The position numbers and the translations under genes were made by a program. Shown here in pieces: positions 37,790-52,307 of a stretch of 64,000 nucleotides of DNA. Position 1 is the first letter of the stretch. Each line of letters begins with the position of its first letter. Where the stretch lies: NCBI GenBank assembly GCA_016748015.1, contig JAAOMT010000602.1, positions 1,191,696 to 1,255,695 on the forward strand, in the 5' to 3' direction. The notes beneath the pieces are model-generated. The model was not told the origin of the DNA, did no database searches, and saw only the letters and a program-made list of their open reading frames with translations. This DNA is from Geosiphon pyriformis uo1 (Eukaryota > Fungi > Glomeromycota).

Positions 37790-38460
37790 TTAAAAACAAA
37801 ACTATTAAAAACCAGTTTTAATTTTTATTTAATTATTTTATTTCTTAAGATTAAATAATATAATAAATTAATTAATTAAAAACAAATACAAAAATATAAC
37901 TTATTTTGCTTTTAAAATTAAAAATCAATTAAAATTTAACATATTAAGTAATTTAATTATATATTAATTAAAAGTAGTTTAGTAAATATATTGTTACTAC
38001 TATTATCTAAAAAAATTATTGTTTACAAAATTAATATAATTAGTAAAAAAATCAAGTAATATTTTGAAAAATACCAAAAAAAAATTGTTTTTTTGTTTTT
38101 TTGGCTTTTTTAATTATTTAAACTAATATAAACAAAATAATAATAATAAAAATAACTTAATTATTAGCCTATTATTAAAAGTTTTAAAATTTTTTATAAT
38201 AATAATAATTATATTAAAATTAATTTTAATTAGTTATTTAGAAAAAACTTTGTATAAAAAAACTCTTAAAGCCAAAAATAATACTTAAAACCAATAAAAA
38301 ACTGGTTTGCTATTATTTTATTTAAAAAAACAATCATAAATATTTTATTAATAAAAAATACTACTAAGTATTTCAAAAAATTAAAAAAATTGATTGTAAT
38401 TATAAAAATATAAGAAAAAAAAAGTTTTATCTAAAATTATCTAAAATTATTAATTTAATA
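37790..38460. repeat. AT-rich right arm of the degenerate inverted repeat
   Basis: Reverse complement of about 37928-38028 (GTAAACAATAATT...TATTTACTAAACT...AAATTACTTAATATGTTAAATTTTAATT) matches about 2308-2415. Confidence 0.65.
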
Positions 38461-38861
38461 AAAAAAAAAAACAAGAATTGTAAACAAAAATCAACAATAA
38501 CTCATATTAATTAAAATAAGATTTTAACTTTTAAATTCTTTTGTTGCATAATGTTTACCAAAACTCAAAGCAGTAAGTGCATAAATATATAAAAACTTAA
38601 TGTTTTGGGAAAAATATCTTTTCCCACCTTTAAATCATTTTTTAAATATAGCATAAAACTTTCATAATTCTTGAATATGGTTTGATTAGGCAGACAAATT
38701 TTGTATGCCCTTACCTCTAAAGGCAAAAGGACCTGCAATAGCAATGTTCGCAACTCAAATACAATATTAAATGATAGATAAATTCATTTATATCTAAATT
38801 ATTCCAAGGTTCTGAGCTTTGAAAATCTTTGACATTTTAGAACGTTGCTCCTTTGGGCTTA

Positions 38862-41058
38862 TTAAGATTTTACCTCTAAATTACCAAGATCATCACCATC
38901 ATCAATTTTCAAATTGCCTATTTCTTCTACCAGCAAATAACCTGATTTCTCACTTGCTGTATTTGGGGGTATTTGACTTGGGTCTAAAGATTTCAATGGA
39001 GTCACCAAAGACCGAAGTTTTGGTAATGGTGACGTCGAGGGAGAGAGTGATCTATCAATTGCTAGGGATATGGCTGTTGATAAAGGAGTGGATGTTTTTG
39101 TTTTGACTGGGGTTATGTTAGAAGTGGTTTTAAAAGATCGGTCTACAATTGGTGAACGATATTTTGCTGACGATACCCGAGAAGTGTTAGATGACTTTCC
39201 CATAGGTGAATCAGTCGAGGTCGATGACTCAGTGGGAGATGTTGCATTGGCGGCAGCGGCAGCAGCAGAAGAGGAAGAAGAATTATCATCTTTAAGGAAT
39301 AAGTTTATTTTTTCATCGCTTATTTCTGTGTGCTGTTTCTGTTCGGACGTTTCCAAAGCACTCAAACGGATAACATATTCAAGAAAGCTCAACGTATTTA
39401 AAGTATTACGATAGGTCTCAGAATCTTCAAGTTTAGTTAAATAATCCTTTCCAATTGTAGGGATTCCCTCGACGCCTCCGGAAATGGCTTGACTCTCTTG
39501 AATATCTTCTTTAAAATCACCATCATCACTTATTGTATTCTCGCTGGACGATTCGTGGTCGCTTAATGGAAGCCTCTTCAGAGTAAAATCTATATCTTGA
39601 TCGTCAACACTATCTTCATTTCCTACACTGTCTGAGTCATTATCAGCATCTTCCTCATCGAAATAAAATTCAGCATCTTGAAATAATTCTAATCCAAAGC
39701 ATTCAACATGAGGTGTGTCACTTAATTCTAACGCACGCTTATCAGGGGTCACAGCTACTGGGGGAATATATAATTCTTTCATGTTGTGTTCAGCAAATTC
39801 CTCCCTGTTATTAGTGCCATCTTGTGATGGATTTCTCATGAATTCACCCTTGTACGATCCCTTTACAACTTTCAACACAAGGACTGGTGTTCTTGAATCT
39901 TCAATATTTAACATTGATCCGGATGAATTGTAAAAGAGCCTAGAGATTTCGAAAACTGGGATTCGGCGGACTTTTCCAGGTATTTTTTCGCTACTTTCCA
40001 ACTTTGCGCTAGTTTCTCGCTTTTTCTTATCGTCTCCCAGATCAAACTCTTCATGATACCTCCCATCGTTTAAATCCTCTGTCAAAATTAGTTCATAAAC
40101 AAATTGTTTCTTTTCATCGCTATTAGTCTGACGTATTCGAACTATTTCTCCATCGCATTTAGTGAATTCTTCTTTCCATGTAAAATCTCCAACACTTTTT
40201 GGACGGAAATTACCCGCAAATAAATAATATAGTTTAAGTTTGAAAAGAGGACCTACACGAACTCTATGGTGTCTTTCAACGATGAATTTTCGATGAGCTT
40301 CATTGAGAGCCGAAGAGGCTTGGAGCAAAAGTGAGGGGCTCACATGATTTCGTAGAGAAACACCAAGATTTGCACCACTTGTAGTGAGCACCAAATTGAG
40401 ATAAGGTACAAATTCTCTTATTTTTTCATTTAATGCTTTCATATCTTTTAAAACCCTAGCATGATCAATATTTGGTTGAACAGTCGATGGCCCCGACATG
40501 GATTCGCTTAATTCATGAGGCTCAATAGTAAGCATGTGACCAAAAGCATCAATCTCTTTGCGTAACTGAACTGCCTGTGAAACAGCGGGTTCGATAAAGG
40601 TATTTCCACGCGCACTGATAATCTCAATTAAGTCAATAGATGGCTGAACAATTCGTATATTTGCATCAAGGCTCTATGATGTAAGGCAAGATAGAGTTAT
40701 TTAACGACAAAATTTCTTACTACCTGTTCTTATGTCAACGGCAATACCGTTTTCACTCGCTCGAGTTCAGTCGTATCACTTTTACGCGTAGTTGAGTCAT
40801 ACTTGATGTAATTTGTAACTTGTCTCTAAATGAAAAAGGTAGAAATCAGTGTCATGTTAATGTCATAAAAAAGCGAGGGTCCATTTAGAAGAGAGAAAAA
40901 TAGTACCATAGCATAATTCGTGCTATAAGCGAAAGCCGCTTTACCAACCTGAATAGACAAATTGATTGAGAAACTGTTAGCTGACAGGAAATAAAAATTT
41001 GAAAAAAGCGTACGAAAGTCGCGGTGTGAAGAGCAAGTTTTGTTAAGATCTCGTCCAT
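38862..41058 (-). CDS. YRB30: Ran-GTP-binding Yrb30-family protein (4 exons)
   Basis: Spliced N-terminus MDEILTKLALHTATF/VGKAAFAYSTNYAM/RQV.../SLDANIRIVQPSIDLIEIISARGNT. Family-like VPYLNLVLTTSG, SPSLLLQAS, EDLNDGRYH and LSFLEYVIRLSALE. Confidence 0.85.
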
Positions 41059-41268
41059 TACAAAAGTGAATTGAGTCAACAATGGGAGTAAAGGCTGTTA
41101 ATATGTTATGATTAAATCACGTGATTTTGTCAATTTATCAAATTGGTCAGTACAAAAAAGCTTGGGGAACTCGAGAATAAATTCACATAATTTTCTTCTT
41201 GGGTGACCGAATTTTAGCCAGGGACGATAGAGAAAAAAAAACAAGCCCCAAAAAGCAGGAACTTCAGC
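41059..41268. promoter_or_regulatory. Compact bidirectional promoter containing the palindrome AAATCACGTGATTT (41115-41128)
   Basis: 210 bp between divergent ATGs. The CACGTG E-box lies in a 14-bp perfect palindrome. Confidence 0.55.
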
Positions 41269-43710
41269 ATGTCATCTATTTCTTATACATCAAGTAAGTC
41301 CTTTTCTGAAGTTTCTCTTGAGTGAACATCACCATATTAAGATCAAAGATTTTCGAACAGCAAATAAGCTTAGTCGTGAGGACTACCGAAGACAAAAAGA
41401 CCTTGAAGCTGCTCGAAAAGCCGGTACAGCCCCAGCTGAACAAGATGAGGAAGGAAAAGACATTAATCCACACATTCCACAGTACATTGCAAAGGCTCCT
41501 TGTAAGCAACTATCTTTATTATTATTCTTTTTAGCTTCGAATTATATCAGACATAACAACATCGGGTTTGATTACAGGGTATATCGATAGTGGACGCCCA
41601 ACTTTAAAACATCAAAGAGTTCAGGAAAATGAAACCGAGAGAATAGAACCAGAATGGTATGCCCGAGGCCTTCGAGCTGTAAGCGAAAGATTCCGGTATT
41701 TCCTAATTATTATCAAAGAGCAGTTGCTGGATTTGAGTAAATGAAAGTAATTAAAACCCTTAATCCAGGGTGTGGCAGCTACAAAATTTCGCAAAGGAGC
41801 TTGTGAAAATTGTGGTGCAATGACACATAAGGCAAAGGATTGCATGGATCGGCCACGAAAAACCAAAGCTAAATGGTCCGGTCAAGATATAAAGGTATCT
41901 AATGAAATCAAATTTAATGTAAAATAATTCAATTGACAATATTTTTATTGGTGATTTTATCAGCCCGATGAAATTATCCAAGAACTTGAGTTAGATTACG
42001 ATTCGAAGCGAGATCGATGGAATGGTTATGATCCTTCAGAGCACGCCAAAATCTATGAAGGTGTGAGAAATATTCACCCCTTTTCATTTCTCAATATCCC
42101 TGATTACGAATGTTTGAAAGATATCTAATTTTTAGTATTAACATATTGCAAATTTCAAACATAATTTGTTTAGAATATGAAAAAATCGAAGAGGCTCGTC
42201 GTAAATTAAAAGCTAGTGAACTTGATAAACAAAGTACCACTGAGCTTGTCAAAAAGACTGGTGAACGTGGTAACGCAGAATTTTCTAGTGATGAGCAGGA
42301 AGAAGATGAAGACAAGTATGCTGAAACATCCGATATGCCGGGCCAGAAAGTCAACACTAAAACCAGGACAACAATTAGGAATTTGAGGTAGTTCTTGCTA
42401 TATATACACACACATACATACATGCATCACAAATATTTCTTAAACTCACTAGACATCATTAAATTAATTTTATTAGAATCCGAGAAGATACAGCCAAATA
42501 TCTAAGAAATCTAGACGCAAATTCAGCTTATTATGATCCAAAGACACGTTCGATGCGTGACAATCCTAATGTTGGAACAGATGAAGATGTAAGGCTTGGG
42601 GGTCGAATTATTGGAGTTATTTGGCATTTATTAGATTTCATATATTTAGCTTCAACATATTTAGGCCGTGTACGCAGGAGACAATTTTGTTCGTTATACA
42701 GGGGATGCTCCAAAAATGGCAAACCTTCAATTGTTTGCATGGCAGGCCTATGAAAAAGGCAACGATGTCCATCTACAAGCTAATCCAACTCAAGGAGAAC
42801 TATTGCATAGGGAATACCTTCAAAAGAAAGAAAAACTCAAGGATAGTAGCAAGGAGTCGATTTTAGCAACATATGGTGGCGAAGAACATTTAGATGCACC
42901 TCCAAAAGAGCTTCTTTTGGCACAAACCGAGAGTTACGTTGAATATTCGAGAACCGGAAGAGTTATTCAAGGGCAGGAAAGGGCCAAAGCTAAATCCAAA
43001 TACGAAGAGGATGGTATGACTTTTAAACTTAAAATAAATTTCAATGTTTTATTTATTATCGACCTGAAATTTTTTATTCCAGTGTACATAAATAATCATA
43101 CAACAATTTGGGGGTCTTTTTGGGCCGATGGATGTTGGGGATACAAGTGCTGCCGATCTTTTATCAAAAATTCATATTGTACTGGTTTAGTTGGCATTGA
43201 GGCTGCTCAAACTGCCAAATATGGAGCTCTTATATATGATGGAGGCAGTCAAGCTTCTTCAATGTCTAATTCTAATCAGCCCGTTAAGACTTTAGTAGAA
43301 ATGCATGCAGAGAATTTGCTTAAAAAATCGAATATTGATGAGGAAAGCCCTGATGCTAATAAACATTTCAAACGTAAGGGCTTTGGGGAAGGTGACATTC
43401 AATTAAATGAAAAGAGACTTAAGAAAGCTCTTGAGGATGAGCAAAGACGACAGAAGTTGAGACCTGGTGAATTACTGGATGATCGAAAAAGACCCTACAA
43501 TAACGCGTATAATCTTGGTAATGCACGTTCAGTAAACGATACCGAGATTACAGAAGAAGAATTGGAAGCATATCGTCTTAAAAAACTATCGTATGTTTTT
43601 AAAAGCCAATTTGTGAACATTTTTTCTCTATCATGTGCTTACAATAGCTATTTATTATATATTGAAGGCATGAAGATCCAATGGCGAATTATATCGACAA
43701 AGATAAATAA
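41269..43710 (+). CDS. SLU7: Pre-mRNA splicing factor Slu7 (multi-exon)
   Basis: [38 protein letters not shown], Zn knuckle [42 protein letters not shown]...WGYKCC, last exon EDPMANY. GT-AG introns. Confidence 0.96.
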
Positions 43711-44004
43711 TTTCGTTTTTATTGGAAACAATACTATTTAACATTGAGGAATAGCTCCCCGGATTTATTTAGTCACTACTTTCTGAATTTACTTGAAAAA
43801 ATAAAAATACTGTTATGCAACTTGGAAAATCAGCTGATATGTTTCATGGCTTTTGACAACCGCTCCCACATTCTGGGATAAAGACTGGAAATCTACTCTA
43901 TATAAATTTCAGTCTCAATCGCTAACTTTTTGGATCATATATTGGTAGGATTGACACCAGGGTGGTTATTTTACACAACTCTATTAAGAATTAGAATAAT
44001 TTAG

Positions 44005-46419
44005 TTATGAACAATTTATTTTTGTTTGGCCCACCAAGCTGCTATCAGATGATTGCTCATTTAAAACGCACGAATCGTGTTCAGTAATTTGCTGCTGTAT
44101 ATTCGAATTTTCAGGTTCGTAACTTGATGAAATGACCCCTTCCAATAAAGCAACTTGAAGAACACTTTTAGGTGGAGCATCTTGTAGACCGGACTTAATC
44201 AGCAATGCTTCAGCAGGATAAGAAGATACCGATATATCAACTACCATGTTAAATTTGATAAAAATAATTGGTTAGAGAAATCGAATGTTTGTTATTATGA
44301 TCTTGTGAAATAACGTACTTCGTTCTGAAAGGTTTTCCGTATCAACTAAATCAGGAAATGAGGTGGTGCCTTGTTTCTTTAAATGATCGATTGAATTGTT
44401 CAGATTACTAGCGGCTGACATCATATCTGACACAGAAAAAATTGATTTTGTCTCAATTTTTCCGCTTGACGTTAAAACGGGCCCCATATCAGAGTAAAAC
44501 GCAGTCAATTCGTCTTCCACAGAACCTTGATAAAAATTCTATTAGAAAAAATTTTAAGCTTTTAAGATATGAGTAGACAATATTTTCTTCCTACGTACGA
44601 CTTTTTTCAGGTGCATTTGAAATTTGTTTGATTTGATGTTTTTCTGGGAGTGAATCATCAGCCTCTGAAAAATTCGAACTATTTTTGGGAAGTGTTAATT
44701 GTTGGTCACCTTCCGGATTAGATTTTGGCCCAGTATATTCTACAGCATAAGCCTTGTCATCCCAATATGATAGAGCGACCCCTTCATCGCCCCAGAACTT
44801 CCATTCGGTTGTAGAATAAACTGGAATAAAACATCCTGGATTAGCGTAAGATATGGCAACGGCGCGAGAATCAATCATAAAGCCACCCGGAAATGTTTGG
44901 GGATCACCAATTGCTGATAAAACTTTGACAGACGTCTGCAAGAAAATTAACGTGTGATCAATGGATAAACTTCCACGACTTTAGCCCAAAAATAACGTTA
45001 TTTACATACCTGGATATCATAGTATTCTAAGAATGCAAAACCCCATGATATTCTTGAAGCTCGGTCCTTGATCAACAGCACTCTTCTAAGAGTTCCTTCA
45101 GGGCTATAGGAGCATATGGCAGAATATAAACTCTCTTCTGTTGTCAAAGGATCTAGCCCACGAACTAGCAAAACGTTATGGGGATAAGGGCTGCCATCTT
45201 TTGATCCATCATTGAAATTCAAGAAGGAACCTGAGGAGGCCGAATGCAGAGAGCCAGAGACCATTGAATCTGAAATTAAATCGAAGAAAGCAGGTAAGTG
45301 GGGTGCATAGTTTTGAATAAAATTCGAGTTGGAAGCGGTAGATAGATTGTCTCTTGGCGTATATGACCATGCTCAAACCTTTCTTTGAGTTTTGGCATTG
45401 ATGGCAACGATCAAGCCATTTGTAATTGAGATGCCGACACTGTTCATACACAAGCAAGGTTCAGCATTGCTGGGATCTTGAAATTTTTTTCACCGCAATT
45501 GATTTTATATAGAAATTTTGACCGGTTAATATCCTACGTACGCTTTTGCAACCCCAACCTTCATCTTCGACAGACGCGCTGTGACTATATGCGATATTAA
45601 CACGGACTTTATCGACCATTATGTATGGGTGGTTGGCTTCAATAAATTGGCGAGCATGTTCAACGCTAGTGAATTTGACAAATGCGTATCTGCGAGATGC
45701 TCCTTCAAATGCAAAAAGGGGTTCCATGTTTTATAAATATAATTTTGAATCAGCAAAAGTTGTGAAGTCTACATTTGAAACAACGCAAACCTGTCTTATG
45801 GTCTTTTATTAACCGTATATTTTCGATGCTTGCTTGTAGACTCTCTAAAGTTTGTTGTATCTGAGAAATATGAAGGCGATAAGTAGAAATTTCGAAAAAC
45901 AAAATCAGGAGATTTCATAAAAACAAACTTGATGTTCCGTAGCTAAGAAGGGAAGGCCTTGTAAGATTACGTGGTTATTCGGCTCGCCTAGACTGCGTTC
46001 ATGTGAACGATCCTATACTGCCAAAAATCACTGAATGCATCCATAAATTTTTCCCAAATCTTTTTTTTGCGTGTATTACAAGTAACAAAAAAAGCAACCT
46101 CGCCTGAATGATCCAATCTCGAGCTCTTCCATTTGCCACCACCTCGCCGGTCTTCGGGGTAGGCTTTATTGCCCCATGGATGGGAAAAAGCATCGTTTGC
46201 TCTTCCCCTATAATCATATTCGTCTCTTCGATATTGATGACGGGTTTCCCTGCCATCACCCGAGTACCTGTCAACGTATCTGTCAGCAGGACTTCTGGAC
46301 CTTTCTCCCACTCTTCGGCGGCGATGAAATCCATCGTCCCTATACCCTGTTCGGTCACCTCGTTCTCTATTGTAATCCGGACGATAGGATTGTGGACGGT
46401 TGTAACGAGAATCAGACAT
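44005..46419 (-). CDS. RBM5/RBM10-like RNA-binding protein (R/D-rich N-terminus, RRM, RanBP2 zinc finger, RRM); 3' end uncertain
   Basis: Spliced RRM1 (NHVILQGLP...SRRYAFVKF), zinc finger WGCKS/CRHLNYKWLDRCHQC, RRM2 (VLLVRGLDP...SWGFAFLEY), YWD motif. Confidence 0.8.
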
Positions 46420-47412
46420 GAGAAAAGTTTGAAAAAATTGCAAAAATCGCTCCGCTATCTATGAAGTTTTGGTCATCATAGATTAGTTTATTCTACATAA
46501 AACATTTTGACGGTCACATTTTACGACTCCGAGATGGAATGATTAACTTGACTTGGTTAATAAAAATAAATAATAATAATAATAATAATAAAAATAAATT
46601 TTTTTGTTATATATTTATTATTATGATGTATGTTTAAATAATAATTATTTAATAATTAAGTTGAATTATATTTTATTAAATAAACCAAATTAATAAAAAT
46701 TGATTGTAAAAAAAATTGAATATTAAAAAAAATTGAATATTAAAAAAAATTAAAAAATTAATTTAAATTAAATTTATTTTATTTTTCAATATATAATAAA
46801 AGTATATTTTATTAAAATAAATTATTATATAAATAAAAATAAAATAAAAAAAGTATATCTGATTTTTTAACTTAAATATTAAAAATAAAAGTTTTTTTAA
46901 TTTTTTTTATATTTTTATATATAAATTTTCATTTATTAAACCAAAAAAAAAACTATAACCCATTAAATTTTATTATTTTATTATTAATTATTGTATTAGA
47001 TTTAAATTATTTTTAATATTAAAGTTTTTTTTATGATAATTAAAATTTAGTTTATTATATTATAACTATTAATTAAAATAAAAATAAAAATAAAAATAAA
47101 ATAAAATATTTATTATGATTATTATTAATTGTTTTATAATATTTAATTTCAAATTATTATATTTTAAAATAAGATTACAATGAATTACAACCCTTTTTTA
47201 TTATTATTACAATTAGAATTTAAAATTATAAAATTATAAAAATTATCTTTAAACATATTGAATAGTTATTTTTATATAATAATAATATGTATTTGATTAT
47301 ACTATTAATAAGTTTATAATTTTTTTTTAAATAATCAAAGCAAAATATTTTTTAAATCTAAGTTTTTTGTTTATCATATTTAAAAGCTTATGAAATAAAA
47401 TATTAAATTTAC

Positions 47413-47414
<2 letters not shown>

Positions 47415-47492
<78 letters not shown>

Positions 47493-47515
47493 TATAATAA
47501 TAATAATAATAATAA
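47415..47515. repeat. (TAA)n microsatellite at the end of an AT-rich tract (46560-47515)
   Basis: Direct observation. Confidence 0.95.
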
Positions 47516-48696
47516 CGATTATTGGACCCATGTTCAAGGTTGAGCAGTTAAAACATCACAAGCTTGAAAGATTGACCAAAATAAAATACTTTTAAAGGAT
47601 TCATAACTTTTCAATCACCTGATCATAAGCAAATGTATCGGAAAAAATTTGTATTACAATTGTTCTTTGATAGGAAACTAATATTGTGCAGCTATTTGAT
47701 ACAGATAACTGTTAGATTCAAGATAGAGTTACACACAATTTCCCCAAATTAAGCCTTTTGTATCTTCGATTAAGTAACAAAATATTGCGAAAGATTTTAA
47801 ATGAGATTTTTTTTTTAAAAGTTACACGATTTCAGATAAATTTGAATTTGCTTATTTTAAAATCAAATACACTATTTTTTTGACTAAAAATAATATTAAT
47901 TTTGATATCCGTGAGATTTGTCAGTATTTTTATTTAAATTTTATGTTATAATTTTTTAAAATTAAAACTACAAATCAACTCTCTTGTCCTTTGGGAAAAT
48001 CAATATGAAAGTGTTTAAAAATGATCACCTGTTAGAATCGAATTGTTTCAAAAAAAATGAGGGTACTCTTACGCCAATGCTATTGAATTTGTTTCGCAAT
48101 AACTATTTTAATTTATTTCTAAAAAATTTCTCAAGTTATTCGGCAACTTCAATAACACTAAAAATTTTTACCCGAGAACAATTAATATATATTTATCAAT
48201 CTATCCTGTGTTGCCGCATCATCATCAAATATTACCCTTCAATAGTAAATTCGAAGATTATGATTATGTAATTACCTTGCATATTAGAAATCAACTTAAT
48301 AATTACTTTGGGAAGCTGAGAAATCCACAAAAATCTCTAAAATTTTTACATTTTCAATCAAAAATCAAATACATTGCCTTAATTTTACCCGATTCCAAAA
48401 TTCTTTGAGGAAAGTATTTCAATGATTGTCAAAAAAATAAAATTAACCGTTAATATATAATGAAAATTTAGATCTTTGATTAATCACACACTTTTTGATA
48501 TTTGTGATTTGATCATTTTGAAATTCTGATTATTCAATATAACAGGAAAGGCACAAAATTTACTCTAAGCTAGTCTTGTGAAACAGAAATTAATCGGCAT
48601 TTGGAAGCGATATTAGTGTAACCTAGAAATGGAGAAATCTAAAATTCGATTAAAAAGATCAAAATCAACATTGAGATTTTCATTCACACAAAAATA

Positions 48697-48743
<47 letters not shown>

Positions 48744-51700
48744 NNNNNNNNNNNNNNNNNNNNTTTTTTTTTTTTACCTAATTAAAACGCTTGCATATGG
48801 AGATGGGAGAAGATGAACAAAGAGCATCAAACTTTATAATTAATCTCAGATCTAACTCGGGGAAAGTTTTGAATTACATATTCACATGACATTTTATTTT
48901 TCTCTCATAGAAAAATATAAATTAAAAATTTATTTAAAAAAAAAAAAATAATGAATTTTTTTGCTGACATTATTATATGGGATTCTTGAGCGATTATCGT
49001 AATTCGTAATTTTGCACAATGATTCAAAAAATTCACATTTTAACACCTTTCCGATTACTCCTGCAAACTGCAAACCCTAGATCTTCGACATACGAAAATG
49101 TAAAATTATTTAGTATTTTAAAAAAATATAATAATAATAATTTCGTTATGAATGTAACAATAACTTTTTCTCAAACAATAATACAGAGATAAGGTCTTTG
49201 TATCTTCTGGCAGGTGGACTAATCGAAAAAACACGGTTCGAGAAACACATTTGAAAGATTAACCGCATTTCAATCATGATTCATTAATCCATTTGAAAGT
49301 ATAATGTAAAATCATAATTATCAAAAAATTGGACTATTTTTCAAAGGAAAAAAAAAATCTATTGAAAGCTTAAAATCAATTTAATAGAAATTTTTTTGAA
49401 AAATTATAATTTTGAAAACTTAACAAATAAATAAATTTTATTTCAAAATTTTAATTAATAAACTTTAAAGAGCAACCAACTCACAGTTAATTTGGAAAAC
49501 TTTTATTTTCAACCATTCATGACTTTATAAAACTTTCAAATCTTTCAACGATTTGAAAATTTTTTTTTGGGAAAACTTGCTTAATCTATCTATTCATTCT
49601 CTTCTTTAGAAACCTGAATGGGTCTGAGAACCTTGATTATGTTAAATACTTATATTTGATTATTGTTATGTTATTTCGGCTTTTTTGTTTTCCCACTAAA
49701 AGATGGTTTATTCAAAATTTCCTTTTTTCCGATGCAACGCAGATAAATGACAATTGTTCTTGTATTAAGGAACATAATACTTTCCTAAATTAGAGAAGAG
49801 ACTTCTTTGACTTCTTTTATTGATGATAATACTAAACACTGATGAGTATAGTCTATAAATCTTTTGCTGTTAATTTTCAATTTGACTTTCTTTAAAGGAA
49901 GATGGAGATCATTTTGTTCTCGCGACTAACTCTGTGATTGATTGAAGATTTTCTTCTTTCAAATGCATAGCCCAAATTATCAACTAATAATGTGGAGAAA
50001 AAAAATCCGTTTTCAATAAATAATATAATCCCCTTACCAAAATCATCCCACACCCTACCATTTTCAGGGGACTCTTTGTTCTTTAATTATTCGGCACAGA
50101 GATTTTTGTTTTCCATGGTACCAGAAAATAGCCCTTTCCCAAATTGAGGGTTATCTTGTTTTTTGTTTTTTTTTGCCATCAAAGTCTTAGGTGATTTGTC
50201 ATTCTAAAAAAAAAAATTTGATTTCAAGTCGGAAAGAACAAAATGAATATGGGAATTTTCGGATATCCATTTTCCATTGAAAAATATTTATAGTAAGATT
50301 CGGCTTTTATACCAGTAATGTCAACCCATGGTTAAAGGTTAAAAATATAATATCTTTTTCATTGTACATGTGGCGTTCCCGCGGTCCGGTTTAACAAAAC
50401 TGGTATTTGCCGATCAAAGAAAAGAATACTCTCCTTTCAGCCGATCCGCCAAGCAAACGACACTACAAGGCTCCGAACAGGAAAGTTGATCCCTAAGTGG
50501 TAATTCCTTTCCCCCAAAATTATTAAATCAACATGACACCAACTTTTGGTCCCGAGTAAAGCGATTGAATTGTTCGCCAAGTCTTTAAAGCTGAAATTAT
50601 AATGCCGAGAAAACATTGTACTATTCGAATTTGAGGAACAGGTATTTTTGTGAACAGTTCAACAGAGATAATAATAACAAAAGATTATTTATTTTAAAAT
50701 TTAAATTCATCCCAAACTCTTATTTTAGTGGGATGTAATGTTTCTATTTCGGACAAAAATAACTATTTGTCTAACCATGTTTAATTTTACAAACAAACAA
50801 ACAAATAAATAAATTGCGTCATTTTACTTTTTGCGTCACATCTAATATCTGACCGTCATTATATTGTCATTTTATCAGTGGCTTGTATTGTGTCACAATA
50901 TTGCAAAAAAGTCCATTTAAACTTTTATTAGTTGAAAAAAAAAAAACTGCTTTTAGACAAAATTATTTAAAAAAAAGAAAGCCTAATTATATTTCCTTTT
51001 ATGTGAAAATGTGATACATTGTGTATAGGAGTATATTTCTTGGCTATTTTTGTAAAATATTAACTTTTTGAGATTTTATTTGTTTTGACATCATACACGT
51101 TCGAAAATAACCGGATTTTTTGGGATACAATGCATTTTGAAATTCAAATTGAAACGTTTGAAAAATAAAATTAACGTTAATTTTCAAAGTTGGACGAACA
51201 CTTTTGTCAGACCCATCAATAAAATCACCTTTAAGTTTCCTCTCAATCTAGACTGTTCTTTGAAATTCTGGGCATTTAACATTTCTGCCGATAATTCTTG
51301 TGAATATTTTTGATTCTTGAGCTTTAATAAAAATCGAGGTGATACAGTGAAACCAGTCATTGTCAAAAAAATTCAGATTCAAATTTCATCAAAATAATTA
51401 AAGAAGTGAAAAAAAGATAATGTTCTTTCGGAGATTATCACTATCTTTTAAAAATTTCTTACTTCATATGGTTTATTTAGAATTTTTCGATTCAATTTAT
51501 AGCTTAGCGTAATTGACTTTTTACTTCCTGACAAGATGATGAAATATTGAAGGACCTTGCATATGATGTGAAATAATAAAGAATAATAAACCGAGAAACG
51601 CGTAGATTACCTTTTCAGGAAATAATAAATAAGTAAATAAACAAATAAACAAACAAAATAATGAGCATTTGACACAGGACTAAATCAGGAGAATTATACT

Positions 51701-52116
51701 TTAATACATTTTATTCCAGGAAAGCCCAATTGCTTATACCACCGACGATAAAATTCCGCGTTCTTAAGAATCGGTACTCAATATATTGCGTAAAATTAAT
51801 CCGATTTCCCTGAAAAAGGTGAGTGGTGTATTATCATCCTCACTTGACATCAAAATGGTACGTTATTTTCGAATGATCGTTATACTGAAATAACACGCTA
51901 TCTGGACATACAACAGCGATACATGAATAATTTAAAATGAACATGTGGATTTTTGTATTTACGGCAATCATCAAATATCTCATTCACCCTTGACCTATAA
52001 TAGAATTTGATTTGAAATGAACATATGTATTTCTCTAAAGGAAATGAAAAACCTTTTTATTTTAGATACTCGGGAAATAGAGAACTGGTTATCAAAAAGG
52101 GTTGAAAATGCCAATA

Positions 52117-52183
52117 ATAGTAGTAGTAATAGTAGTAATAGTAGTAGTAGTAGTAGTAGTAGTAGTAATAGTAGTAGTAGTAA

Positions 52184-52219
<36 letters not shown>

Positions 52220-52307
52220 GAATAGTAGTAGGAATAGTAAGTATATGTAGTAGTAGTAGTAGGAATAGTAGTAGGAATAGTAAGTATATGTAGTAGTAGT
52301 AGTAGTA
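52117..52307. repeat. (AGT)n compound microsatellite with an internal 42-bp duplication
   Basis: Direct observation. It explains the poly-L, poly-S and poly-V ORFs here. Confidence 0.95.

Noticed and set aside
39070-39933. Plus-strand ORFs opposite YRB30, and similar antisense ORFs over other genes and TEs
   Set aside because: Shadow frames of real coding sequence with no independent motifs.
46095-46110. Possible GC-AG intron in the RBM5-like gene
   Set aside because: A canonical GT donor 5 nt downstream gives the correct phase.
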